Notes: generated by a model not told the origin, from the letters alone. 64,000 nt of DNA from Eledone cirrhosa (GCA_964016885.1 OZ024757.1:37944001-38008000); one strand, 5' to 3'; shown: positions 19,610 through 35,181, numbered from the stretch's first letter. Numbers and translations are program-made.

Positions 19610-19767
19610 TATATATACGAGACTGTGATCTTCAGCTTTATAGTAATAGATCTACGAAGTACCAAGTGAAACACCTGTGATGTAATAACTTAGAAAACGT
19701 CGCCTTTTGCTAAATATATTTCTTAAGTATTATTTGAGTAATTTAATTTCAGCCAATACCGTAACAT

Positions 19768-19814
<47 letters not shown>

Positions 19815-20054
19815 CTCTCCGTCGCTTTCTTTCTGTGTGTTTCTCTCTCACTCTCTCTTCCCTTTCTCTGTCCCCCTCCCTCTGTATATATACATATATA
19901 TATATTTATACATGCACACACACATATATATGTATTTATTTACCCGTAAACACATGTTTATATATATACATATTTATATATAAACATATATATATATATA
20001 TAAATATATATATATTTATACATATTTTCATATATATGTATATATATACATACT

Positions 20055-20118
<64 letters not shown>

Positions 20119-20673
20119 AACGAACATGTATACAAATATATAAATACATATATATAAATATATATAAATATATGTGTGTGTATGCGTTCATATGCATGGG
20201 TATGCATGTCTATGTAAGTTTCTATACATCTACCTATATGGATGACTAAAACATACTTACCTAGTAGTACATACATTCATCGTTAACTACACTAATGAGT
20301 TTACAAAGTTCATATACGTAAGAAATGCCATCAGGACATTTATTCAGTACACATTTATATTTTTTTATATCATGATTGTTTTTTTGTGTGTGATGTTAGC
20401 TATGGAAATTATATTTACTAACGCCATACACCAGTCTCATATATTTGTATGTGTTTACTCTCTTCTATATAGTGTTATATAAATGTACTGGTGCTTTTTA
20501 TATAGATATACAAATAGATGTCTCCTATGATGTGAAATTTTGGTGCATTCTTTATGTATTCTAAAGAATATTAGAGCTTTTCTTTTAAATATTTTATTAT
20601 TTGCTTTTGTTGTTGTTGTTGTTGTTATTGTTGATCAGGTTGTCATCAGTGCGTGTGGCGATATATATATATA

Positions 20674-20756
<83 letters not shown>

Positions 20757-21744
20757 GGCTGGAACAGGTAAAAGAGTATATATATGTTTCTGTGTGTGTA
20801 TGATGGAAGATTATCTATCAACCGATTTATCTTTTGTCTCATAGACGGAATTATTATTTATCTTCCCTGATGGTGCGCTAAAACAATTCTTTAATGATGA
20901 AACACTATGGTGAAAACTGCTCACCTGAAACACATAGTAACGACAGCAATAATGATAATAATAATAATAATAATAATAATAGCAATAATAATAATAATGA
21001 TAATAATAATAATAAATAATGACGATGGTGATAATATAAAATAATAATAATAATATACTAAAGCTTACCAAATCTGATTAAGTTCCGTGTTTTCTTAGTA
21101 CATACCTCATCACTTCTTTTGATATTTCCTCCTTTCTTATATAATTTTTTTTCGATTTACAATAGATAATGTTATTTTATGTTCATGTTGAATAAGGATA
21201 ATATTGATAATGTTATGTAATATTATTGGTGTTATGTTATTCCTTACATGCGACTTTATATTTCAGAAGCAGGTGTAGAGTTGAGTTTCTTCAATTGCAT
21301 GCAGCGTTATGTTTTTATAATCAGCTTCCATTTTTCTACTGTGTTAATATGTCTCTGTTTATGTGTGTGTGTGAGTATGTGTTATGTGTGTGTGTGTGTG
21401 TGTGTTATGTGTGTGTGTTGGGTGTAGGTGTGTATGTGTGTGTGTGGGGTGTAGGTGTGTATGTGTGCGTAGGTCTGTGCGGTTTTGTCTTTGTTCATAG
21501 TATGTTTGTGGTGAGCTTGAGTTCGTTGGCCTGTGTGCATCTGTTTGTGTCTGTGTGTGTGCATGCGTGTGTGTGCATCTACATGTATCTGTGAGTGTGT
21601 GTGCTTATGTGTGTTTGTGCGTGTCTGTGTGTGCTTGTTTTTCTCTGTGTGTGTGGATCATGTGTTCCTTAGTCTCTATGCATCTACATGTACGTATGAG
21701 TGTATGTGTCTCTATGTGTGTGTGTGTGCGTGTGTATGTGTCCC

Positions 21745-21775
<31 letters not shown>

Positions 21776-22244
21776 ATGTGTGTGTGTGAGTGTCTGTATG
21801 TGTGTTATCATAATTGTTTTTCCATGTGTGTGATTTTGTTGGAGTCATTTAGTCCTTCGTTAGTGTTTCGTGTGAAAATTCATGAAGAATTGATAATGAT
21901 ACTTGTTACCATCTTCGTTAATGATTCTATGGAGAATTTGTTGCGTGTGTTGCACAGGAACTACACAATAGAACACCTGCATGATGCTCCACTGGATTAA
22001 ACGTGTCACTGGTTCAAATTAGGATGTGCCTAGAATGGCTATTTGTTTGTCTGTGATTAGAAATGAAAGCTATTATTGTATTTTAAAAAGAATCTAATTC
22101 CAAAGAGAATAGACCGGAACAATCTTTCTCTGAGATTTCCTTATACTCTGAAGAAGGGAATTTAAGACCCCAAATATGAGGACGAGAGAAACAAATTCTG
22201 TACAAGAGTGTTGTTTATCTTAGTTGTTACGTAATAACTTCTTG

Positions 22245-22286
<42 letters not shown>

Positions 22287-22288
<2 letters not shown>

Positions 22289-22366
22289 TAAGTTGTTCCG
22301 GGTTGAATCGGAGGTAACCACAGTAAGTAAGGTACTCAATACATAGCAGAGTATAAAAGTTTTAAT
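22287..22366 (-). mobile_element. Family H4 3' end fragment
   Basis: Reverse complement of the 28575-28640 tail, abutting TA repeats. Confidence 0.7.
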
Positions 22367-22489
22367 AAAATATATATTCAGGATGTCCCCCAACACTTTG
22401 ATTGCTTCTACACGCAATATGAATTAGCATGCAGTTGAAGTGTGTATACAGTTTTGGGGACATAATGTATGTGTGTGTGTGTGTGTATG

Positions 22490-22520
<31 letters not shown>

Positions 22521-22523
<3 letters not shown>

Positions 22524-22660
22524 AAGGCGCATGGCTTAGTGGTTAGAGCATTGGCCTTACAATCGAAAGGTTGTGAGATCAATTCTCGAGCTGGGTGATG
22601 TGTTGTTTCCTTGAGCAAGTCACTTGATTTCACGTTGCTCCAGTTTACTCACCTGAGATG
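22521..22660 (+). mobile_element. tRNA-derived SINE family B
   Basis: GTGAAGGCGCATGGCTTAGTGGTTAGAGC head; central CCTTGAGCAAG..TTTCACGTTGCTCCAGTTTACTCA domain. Confidence 0.75.
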
Positions 22661-22825
22661 ATAAGACTGGGGTCCCTATCCTTAAATTACCCAAGACACC
22701 TCCTACGAGATATACGTTGGAAAAGGTCAGCTAAACCTGCATAGGTGCCAGGTGTCACACACACATATATATATGTAATCCTTATCGAGCCCTCTTAGGA
22801 TTTTAGTCTTTATATATATATTAAT

Positions 22826-22869
<44 letters not shown>

Positions 22870-23095
22870 CTCGGTGTGTGTGCGTATGTGTGTCTGTGTA
22901 TACTCTGATATGTTTGTGATTTTGTATGTGAGTGTATCTTTATATTTAGGTATGTCCAGACTTACAATCATTATAATACATGATGGCCTTCAGCAGAGAC
23001 GGAATTACGATATTCTATTGCACGAAAATGACCTTTAAGAAAGTTATTTGAATAAAATATAACACACACTAGGCAATATATGAATACATACCAAA

Positions 23096-23150
<55 letters not shown>

Positions 23151-23229
23151 CGCACACATGCACACATGCACACACGCACGCACACACACACACACACACA
23201 CGTATATATATATATTTGTGTTTGTATGT

Positions 23230-23269
<40 letters not shown>

Positions 23270-23279
23270 ACAGTTTTCA

Positions 23280-23393
23280 AGAGTTATCAAGTCGCTGGCT
23301 GGACTAATAAGTCACACTCGTTCAGCGCATCGGTAGGGGTTCTCCTACATGGATATAAAGTAGTGGCCGCACTCGAAAACGAGTTGTCAGTCA

Positions 23394-23395
<2 letters not shown>
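23280..23395 (+). mobile_element. RTE-derived retroposon, 5'-truncated
   Basis: Matches the last ~115 bp of the family, followed by (AT)n. Confidence 0.85.
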
Positions 23396-23431
<36 letters not shown>

Positions 23432-23461
23432 ATAAAATGTGGAGAGGAGGCACACGAGTTA

Positions 23462-23495
<34 letters not shown>

Positions 23496-23499
<4 letters not shown>

Positions 23500-23970
23500 A
23501 CGGGGAGAAAGAGACGATTATGAGGGAGAAACATTTTTTTTTTTTTCAGTTTTTGTTCCTCTCTCTCTTTTTTCTGGGTTAGAAAATGGTTAAAACGAAA
23601 TGTTTTACTTTGTGTGAAGTGTTAAGGTATTAGTTGATTTATTTATTATTTCACAATGGCATTTATTTATGTATTTATATATTTAATTATTGTCTATTAC
23701 CGGTTTCTGCATTTATATGCAATATCAAATGATAGTGAAATGTATTAATGTGGTGTCGCACATGTTAAACAGACAATATTTAAATATATAAATAGATAAA
23801 TAAATGCCATTGTTAAATAATAAATAAATCAACTAATACCTTAACACTTCACACAAAGTGAAACATTTCGTTTTAATCATTTTCTAACCCAGAAAAAAGA
23901 GAGAGAGGGACAAAAAAAGGAAAACAAAAATATTTTTCTTCCTCATAATCGTCTCTTTCTCCCTGTTTTC
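23496..23970. repeat. TA-flanked inverted repeat with arms of about 200 bp
   Basis: 23496-23695 is the reverse complement of 23771-23970; a solo arm occurs at about 10797-10930. Confidence 0.85.
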
Positions 23971-24245
23971 ATATATATATATATCATATATATATATCAA
24001 CATGTAATTTGAAAGTGATCAAATGAAAGGAGATATGAATATTTTACCTCTTCTATACGGCTAAATATCATACGATATATATTTCGACCACATTTAATAA
24101 TACAAGCAATGATAGAAATAGTATTTCTCTCGACGGAGGGACGGAATGTGGCAATACAACGCAACAGAAAATATATTAATCTTGTCTACGAAGTTATGAA
24201 ATAATACACACACACACACACACGCACCCACACTCACACACACAC

Positions 24246-24300
<55 letters not shown>

Positions 24301-24386
24301 AACAGCCATATGTTTATATGTATATATACATACACAGAGACGTGTATATATATAAATAAATATATATATACATATATCTGTGTCTA

Positions 24387-24448
<62 letters not shown>

Positions 24449-24666
24449 TCTGTGTCTAGATATATATATATATCTACATATATCTGTGTCTAGATATATA
24501 TATATATACATATATATGTGTCTATATATATATATATAAATACATATATATGTGTCTATATAAATATATATATATATACATTTGTCTGTTATTATGTATT
24601 TATATATATATACATATATATGTGTCTATATAAATATATATATATATACATTTGTCTGTTATTATG

Positions 24667-24711
<45 letters not shown>

Positions 24712-25539
24712 CTCTGTCTATGTATATATATATATATATATATACATATACATATGTCTGTTTATATGTATATTGTAACTTGTGCTACGGTATACACGAA
24801 GGGAATTTTATTGAATATGGTGTAAGTCAGGGTATTGTGAGCGTTATTCCGAGTGTCGGACAGAATGCTTGTATATCTTTGTTTCTTTTCTAGGTTGATA
24901 AGTATATTAATAGTTCAGTACTGGGCTGCCATTCTACATCGGTGTCTATATACATTCTTCTATCTTTTTCCCTACCAGATTGTATTTTTCTCTGGAGGAA
25001 ATCAAGTTTGTTAAGACTTGGATAGTTACCGACGGTTACCTCTAAAAGCCGATAGACATCGTGATCTATAGTGTCCTCTTATTCCAATCTTTCGGGTCCT
25101 TCCGCAAAATTTGGAGAGGGTGGGGATCAGCGTGGTGGTGCGAGAGATGCAGAAGATGGTGCAGTCATTTTTCACACTGGCTATTTCTTTTTTTGTTACT
25201 GCATGGTAGAGCTGAGAAAGAAATACCTAGACTATGTCGTAGAGTGTTCGCACCATCGGTCTTTCCTCTTCATATCCTTATATAATGTATCTACATTTTA
25301 TTTCCTGCATTGAAAACATTAAATAATTTAACAGAAATCTGAATAGATAATCTATTCCTAGTTGGAGGAGAGATGGGTGAGAGGTATTATCTGAAATAGA
25401 TATGTTACCTGACGAAGCAGACCCCACAGTCATATGACACTGGAGTAATATCATTAGTTTTTCAAGTTGTTATATATATATATATATACTTTTATATATA
25501 TATATATGTATACATGCATATATATATATACATATATAT

Positions 25540-25833
25540 GATAATAATGGAGCTGCGGTGTTGCAAATGGGTTACATATGAAAAAGTTTGTCCTTCATCA
25601 GTGGTCTTCCAACCGTCATAGGCATTTCATCGCTTTAAAGACCATATACCTCAGGTTGGTGCGAGCAACGGCTAAAAAAAGTCATTGGGACACGTAAATA
25701 AAGGGGACGCTAGGGTAAACAAACAAACAAACAAAATGGTTGCTCGCACCAACCCGAGGTATATGGTCTTTAAAGCGATGAAATGCCTATAACGGTTGGA
25801 AGACCACTGATGAAGGACAAACTTTTTCATATA
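25540..25833. repeat. TA-flanked element with a 94-bp inverted repeat
   Basis: 25576-25669 versus 25739-25833 is near-perfect; contains CTGATGA and GAAA in non-type-I order. Confidence 0.8.
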
Positions 25834-25861
25834 TATATATATATATATATATATGTTTACA

Positions 25862-25933
<72 letters not shown>

Positions 25934-25994
25934 TACATGCATATATATATATCTATATATATATATATTTACATATATATATATTTTTACATAC

Positions 25995-26032
<38 letters not shown>

Positions 26033-26149
26033 TTACATACATATATATATGAATATATATATATATATTTACATACATATACATATATATATATGTATAT
26101 ATATATATTTACATACATATACATATATATATATGTATATATATATGTT

Positions 26150-26194
<45 letters not shown>

Positions 26195-26260
26195 TTACAT
26201 ATATATATATATTTACTTATATATATATATATATATATTTACATACATATATATATATAA

Positions 26261-26319
<59 letters not shown>

Positions 26320-26354
26320 AATGTATATACATATATATATATATATATACATAT

Positions 26355-26432
26355 GGTGGCTGCCAACTCGTTTTCGAGTACGGCTACCACCTTATATCCA
26401 TGTAGGAGAACCCCTACCGATGCGCTGAACGA
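26355..26432 (-). mobile_element. RTE-derived retroposon, 5'-truncated
   Basis: Reverse complement of the last ~78 bp of the family, in TA repeats. Confidence 0.85.
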
Positions 26433-26526
26433 ATATATACATATACATATATATATACATACATATATATGCATACATATATAGACATACATTTATATAT
26501 ATACACATATATATACATATATACAG

Positions 26527-26584
<58 letters not shown>

Positions 26585-26587
<3 letters not shown>

Positions 26588-27015
26588 CGATAAATTAACG
26601 GAAGCATAGGCCGTCGTTATTCCCTGTAAATAATGTGCTCAAAGGGGAAGAGATCCTGAGCCCTTTTAAATATAATATGTTGAGAAGGTAACACACCAGA
26701 CAGAGATATATAGTGTGTTATCAATAATACAGGGAAAAAACCACCAGTGTATGGAATCTATAACCTATGAAAGGCAGACTATAGACACGATAATTAAAAA
26801 TATAAATTAAAGCGTAAATAAATACCTCTATAACTATATAACACACGTACAAATCCAAAGATATGTTTCACCAAAAAATGTGTTGAAAGAAATGGTCTAG
26901 TCTCGGTTCATCAGCGTGTGTAATACATTTCAGACAACACTAAGAGAATTTTACAATTGACTGTCCAGCTACACGTGGGAGAGAGAAGTCACAGCATGTT
27001 TAAGGGCAGTGAACC
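26585..27015 (-). mobile_element. (TA)n-flanked hammerhead-bearing element (Penelope-like pseudo-LTR remnant), family H1
   Basis: Bounded by TA repeats on both sides and contains the hammerhead at 26841-26921. Segment 26585-26765 is the reverse complement of 13561-13741. Confidence 0.7.
26841..26921 (-). ncRNA. Type I hammerhead ribozyme motif, intact core
   Basis: Minus strand reads ACACACG-CTGATGA-ACCGA...TTGGT-GAAA-CATATC-tttg-GATTTGT-A-CGTGTGT. Stem I is 7 bp and perfect, stem II is ACCGA/TTGGT, stem III has 6 of 7 pairs, and the cleavage triplet is GUA. Confidence 0.85.
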
Positions 27016-27511
27016 ATATATATATATATTCATGTGTCCTCTATTATTTCAACTGTGTTAATATGTCTGCAACTAGTTAGCGTCTCATATAAAATCTTAA
27101 AAGGAAAATAAAAAATACAAAAGATACTATAAAATTAAAGAATGAAATTCAGAATTCGGAAGACATTTTGTCTTGTTATTTTCTTATACTGCGATGTATT
27201 ATGGACTATTACATAATATTTTTCATAAACTTCCTAAATAACTACGCTTGCAACAGGCAACAACACAACAAACAAACGGTACTAAGCAATAAGAAAAACG
27301 AACTTATAAGCGAAAATATTCACATGTGAAAAAGTATACAATACATACAATACATACGTAAAATATATTCACCTTTCTTATTTAACCATACAAGCGAAAG
27401 ATAGAGGAGGCATTTTTTATTTTATATTCGTGATTTTACGAAGCATTGTTGTACCTGATAGTATTACTGTTGTTCTAATCAATTGTTTGCCCTATTTTAC
27501 AGTGGTTTGTT

Positions 27512-27545
<34 letters not shown>

Positions 27546-28383
27546 TGTTAGGAAATATGTTTATAATTTACAGAACCATTCACAAACACAGACAGTGACG
27601 TGCGCACACACACATACACGCACGCACACACACACACACACATATATATATATGTATATATATATATATGTGTGTGTGTATGTGTGTGTATATATATATA
27701 TATATATATACATATATACAAATACATACATATATAAATCATTTTTCTTGTTGTCTTGGGTATTTTATCCTAGATAGATACAGTTTAAGTTTTGTAAACG
27801 ATGTTTTCATTGTTGTTGTTTTCGTATTTACGGGTTTAATTGTTGCTGTTGTTGTTGCTGTTGTTGTAATTTGATTTCCAGAACGGAGACGTGTCCTGCG
27901 GCAAATCCTCTTTGACTTGTTTATAATACGCCATTTTTTTTCTGTTTTTTTTGTAATCCTAAATTAGGCTTGCTGTGTTTATTTAGCTATTGATGTATGA
28001 TGAAATGATTGTGTGTGTGTATGTGTGTGTATGTGTGTATGTGTGTGTGTGTGTGTGAGTGTATGTGTGGGTGTGTGTGAGTGGTGAGGGGTTATTTTGT
28101 TCTTCTGTTTATAAATATTTCTCTCATACAAAGTAAAATGTTGAAAATTTGTTTCCTCTTGACAGAATGATGTCATTCAAACATCAGATAATTGCTATAT
28201 ATATATAGCAACACACATACACGGACACATATATAGACACATACAAACACATGCATATATATATATAGAGAGAGAGAGAAAGCGCGAGGTAGAACACTGG
28301 AAGGTAATATCCGTAGTGGTAGAGCACTCAGTCCATGGGACGAGTTGGGTAGAAATAGTAACTCAACAGTTAGTTCACCATAC

Positions 28384-28418
28384 CAAGAACAATTGTTTCA
28401 CCTTATGCGGATCTTCAG

Positions 28419-28422
<4 letters not shown>
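28384..28422 (-). ncRNA. Minimal hammerhead motif with palindromic stem III, family H5
   Basis: Minus strand TGAG-CTGAAGA-T-CC-gcataa-GG-T-GAAA-CAATTG-T-T-CTTG. Stem III is the palindrome ACAATTGT; the element is 5'-truncated against TA repeats. Confidence 0.6.
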
Positions 28423-28462
<40 letters not shown>

Positions 28463-28469
<7 letters not shown>

Positions 28470-28636
28470 GAGCTTCTACAGGACTAGAACTGTTTCATCC
28501 GTGAGAAATCCTAATGATTTCTCACGAATGAAACTGTTCTAGTCCTGTAGAAGCTCTTCTATATTAACACATGTATATTCTGCTATGCATTAAGTACCTT
28601 ACTTACTGTGGTTACCTCTGATTCAACCCGGAATAA

Positions 28637-28640
<4 letters not shown>
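28463..28640 (+). mobile_element. Family H4 copy with a 48-bp fold-back palindrome at the 5' end
   Basis: 28463-28510 versus 28516-28563 is an inverted repeat with 2 mismatches and loop CTAAT in the hammerhead core. The 3' end CTTACTGTGGTTACCTCTGATTCAACCCGGAATAACTTA runs into TA repeats. Confidence 0.75.
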
Positions 28641-28671
<31 letters not shown>

Positions 28672-28764
28672 TTATAAATAGATATAGATATATATCTTCA
28701 GCTGATCAATAGCGAAACGCGTGTCAACCAATAAACATAATGAAGGCTTAACAAACCGTCCTTG

Positions 28765-28805
<41 letters not shown>

Positions 28806-28876
28806 GTTCAAGAGTAACCAATCTTAAAGAGAGAGAAACTCCTTGTGAAATGTGTGGTCTTGCTTTGCTTAACTAA

Positions 28877-28961
<85 letters not shown>

Positions 28962-29935
28962 TAATGCCTAATATATAACTAGGTGATCTTGATTCAATAT
29001 CTACGAACCTTCGGTGTCGTTTATATAAACAACGACCTTTGCTACATGATTACGAAGACGTCTTCACGCGTAGGATATATAGCAGATCAACAACAAAAGC
29101 GCCATTGAAGGAATAGATTGGAACTATAATATATCAGAGCGTCTGAAAAGGGTTAACTAGCGACTTTAATGTAATTTATATGTTAAGAAAAAGCTGCAAT
29201 CTCATTTGAGCGATCGTCCCCCTCCTCCCTTTTGTTTTGTTGTTATTTTGCTTTGTATCAGAATGATCAAACGATGGATGCGATAAACACTGTGGTTTCT
29301 GCAAATGAAAAGCGAAACAATGGAAGATAAAAGCAAATATAAAGAAGGGAAAACCCAGAAAGACACATGAAAATGGTTCATTAACAAATGCCTTTACACT
29401 GCCAATAACACTCAACAGAACTGTAAAAAAAAAACAGCAGCAACAATAAAATTATATAACAAAATAATGGAGAAGAAATCGTATAAGGATTAAACACAAT
29501 TGAAAGCCTTGTGGAATTCTCCTGTGTGTTTGGTGTGTGATATTTCACAAAGAGATACGATTATCTGTCGTTGTGTAAACTTCTGACTCTAGTTACTGCG
29601 GCCGTTCTGTAATGAACGTTACGAGGAGATAGCAAAGACAAAACAACAAACAAAAAATAATATATAAAGAAATAAGAAAATGGAGGAATAAAAAATAAGA
29701 AATCTAAAAGAATCGGTAACGAAAATTATGAAAATGGTGTCGTTGTAAGTGGTATTTGTGAGAAACTGGGTAAGGTTATTGTTGAAGTAGAGAGAGTGTG
29801 TGTAAGAGAGGGTGGGGGTGGGGTGGGTGGAGGGGGAATGGAGAGAGAGGCGGAGAGAGGAAGAGAGAATCGATGAAAGTGAATAAAACAGATAGAGGGT
29901 AATCAGAGCGATATATGTATATATATATATATAGA

Positions 29936-29972
<37 letters not shown>

Positions 29973-30045
29973 GCAAACATACATCTATGTATCTTTCTAT
30001 CTATATATACACACACACACATATATATACATATATATATATAAA

Positions 30046-30115
<70 letters not shown>

Positions 30116-30152
30116 AGCATACATCTATGTATCTTTCTATCTATACACACAG

Positions 30153-30183
<31 letters not shown>

Positions 30184-30849
30184 AATGTGTGTGTGTTTGT
30201 TTGTGTGTGTGTCTGTGTATTCATCTATACATATACACACATACATGAACATGTGTATCCAGTCTTATGATCACATTTACCTATAAACATAGATAGAGAG
30301 ATATATAGATATATAGATAGATAGAGAGAGTGAGAGAAAGAAATACTGGCATGAAAGATAAGTAACTATAGAAGAGAAAACAAGAAAGAAATAAAGAAGA
30401 CGCGCTGAAAGATGATAAAAATTTAATGCTTTGAAAAATTGTTATTTGCAAGAACTGGATTGAATTAGAGAATGGAGTCTTGTGACAAAAAGAAAGTGGA
30501 TTCTTCATTATAGAATTCAGAATACACTAGAGAATTATAATTATAAGTTAGATAGTTATCTATCTTTGGAAAAATTGTTTGCAAAAGAGTAAAACACAGG
30601 GGATTATTCCCCTTAAATGTGTGTTTGGTTTATTTAAAATTCTTATTTTTTGCTTGTTTATTTTTGTTTGTTTGTAAGTTTAAAATACTTTTTTTACATT
30701 TTATTTTTTTTTATTTGTAGTTTTTATTATTTTTCTTTTCTTTTCTTTCAGTTTTCTCCGTCTAACTATTCTTCAATCTCTTCAGCTTTTTCCTCCCCTC
30801 TCTTTATTTACTGTTCCCGTCTCCGCCTATCTGTTTCTCTAGTGTTACC

Positions 30850-30985
30850 GTCCCCTCCATCTCCTCTTCTGTTCTCGTCCCCGCCATCTTCTCTTCTGTT
30901 CTCGTCCCCACCATCTCCTCTTCTGTTCTCGTACCCGCCATATTCTTCTTTTGATCTCCAGTCGCCCGCCATCTGCTCTTCTGTT
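30850..30985. repeat. 27-bp minisatellite
   Basis: CCATCTCCTCTTCTGTTCTCGTCCCCG-like unit, about 5 copies. Confidence 0.8.
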
Positions 30986-31798
30986 CCAATCATCTTAGTT
31001 TTTCATCTTCATCTCCTCCCTTTCTTTCATATTTTTTCATCTTTTTTCATCTAATTTTCCTTCAGATTCTTATTTGTCTACATTTTTGAAGAAAAACAAA
31101 AAAATAAATCCTTTTTTTTTCTATTTTTCATATATATATTTATTTCTCATCTTTTGTCTTGTTGCTCTCTTGTCTTATTATTGATTGCAAGTCTTCTGGA
31201 AGAAAAAGAAGAACAAAAATCCCAAGGGATATTAGACAGTTGCTTTCAATGAGATAAAACTTCTTGTGATCATTTCCACTGCAACAGATAATGTAGAAAT
31301 CGCCGCAAAACGTAACCATCTTGAGTTGTTGATAGAATATCGAATCTTCTACACAGTCACATATTAACAAATATACTTTCAGCCGATTTATCGTTTTCCT
31401 CCTTCCTTTATCCATCTACTTTACCTCTATCATTATCCATTTATCTATCTATTTATCAATCTCCTTCAATCTAAGTTTATCTGGTTTCTTCTTGAATCGG
31501 ATTTTGTTGCACAGAATCTCCTATATCTTCACAGCCCGGCCGTCTCATCTTCCAGCAACTAATAATCATAATAATTAAGCTACTACTATTTAAAATAGTG
31601 ACGGCTGTTTCATATTTCCTGTATTATATTCCCTAGTATATTTCCCTCTCTATTCTTCTCTGCCTCATAAATATATATATTTTTTTTCTTTAAACCCATC
31701 AAATAATGACCCTCCACCAATCCCAATCACCACTCTCTTCTAACACCAGAACATATATAAATACCACCATATTACTCCACCATATTACTTGGACAGTC

Positions 31799-31849
31799 GG
31801 CTTCCTCATGATTTCTCCCAAATGAAACAGTTCTAGTCTTGTAGAAGCC
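31799..31849 (+). ncRNA. Type I hammerhead motif (CUGA>CUCA), family H4
   Basis: GGCTTC-CTCATGA-TTTCTCCCAAAT-GAAA-CAG...TTGT-A-GAAGCC. Stem I is a perfect 6 bp; triplet is GUA. Confidence 0.65.
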
Positions 31850-32202
31850 TTTTCTATATTAAATAAATAAATTAATTTATATATATATATATTTCGTTTC
31901 TGAATATGTTTAGCAAGATTCTTTATCTGAAAACGTGTGTTGAAACAGATATTGTTATGCTTTGTGAGGGTCATGTTGCCAATAAGAAACACACGCACCC
32001 TAGCTTTCACTCCAATTTATTATAAATTACATTTATAAATTTAAGAATTTATAAATATCCTGTTGGTTGGTTGGTTCTATAACCGGACGGTTGTTCATAT
32101 ATTGTGAAAGTTCTTCCTTCACACATTCTGTGACCTCTTCAGTGACTGGGGATTCTTTTCTTTGGTTTGTGCCTCTCCTTTATTCTGTCCTACGCCATCT
32201 TG

Positions 32203-32244
<42 letters not shown>

Positions 32245-32297
32245 TAGAAGTGGTATTTAATTTGTTGGAAGTCCGACAAATATAAATGTTTACAACT

Positions 32298-32408
32298 GAT
32301 TATATCTGATGAAAGCGTACCAATGTTGTCTAGGTTGCCCTTGAATTATATATATAATAAAATAAATATGGTTTTATAAATCTAGTTTCCATTTATTTAA
32401 TATCATTG
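32298..32408 (+). mobile_element. Third family H2 copy, degenerate hammerhead (GAAA>GAAT)
   Basis: CTGATGA at 32306, AAG/CTT stem II base, and the same 3' tail as 12961-13010 ending in TA repeats. Confidence 0.6.
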
Positions 32409-32452
<44 letters not shown>

Positions 32453-32596
32453 CGTCAATACACAACATTTTTCCATTTGGAAGGTTTTAAAAATCCCCAT
32501 TTATCAGACTAACTTCGTTGGGCATAATCTTATATTTTTTATTAATTGTTAAACTTTGCTCGCTGCGTCATCATGAACAAAGCTTGCTTTGTCTCT

Positions 32597-34500
<1,904 letters not shown>

Positions 34501-34966
34501 TTTGTATATAAAGCCTATGTGTGTGTTCAATTATAACGCATGTCAGCTTTTGTCATGATGTCATATTAGGCGTTTCAATTGACAAAATCAAGAACAATAG
34601 CCTGATCCAATATAAAGTGTGAGTGGAAGATTAAGAGATTGAGTCAGTCAAAAGCTATGGTGGTTGTTCTTGAATGCAGATCGATGTATAAGCCTCGGCT
34701 TCTGTTTGAGTTTTATAGTTGGCTCTTCTAAATAGCACATTATATCATCATTGTGACACATGTGTACTGTTTACTAGACACATTATAATATCGTTTTGTG
34801 AGAGAATAGCCATCTTAAGTGGAAGAATGCATCTAGCAGAGATTGAGGTATTATATCAGAGTATATACACACACACCACACACACACACACACACGCATA
34901 TATATAAATATCTATCTATCTATTTATTATATATATCTTTATACATTAATATATATATATATATAT

Positions 34967-35019
<53 letters not shown>

Positions 35020-35068
35020 TATATATATATATACTAAATATATATATATACTAAATATATATATATAT

Positions 35069-35111
<43 letters not shown>

Positions 35112-35181
35112 TATGTATATACATATATATATATGCATATATATATATGCATATATATATATATATATACATATATATATC

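Noticed and set aside
20636-20666. Isolated CTGANGA boxes (also at about 10713, 16054, 22148, 25409 and 32136)
   Set aside because: A complete set of stems plus a properly placed GAAA could not be closed.
22521-22600. tRNA gene
   Set aside because: A tRNA-like head continuing into a SINE body; the cloverleaf is degenerate.
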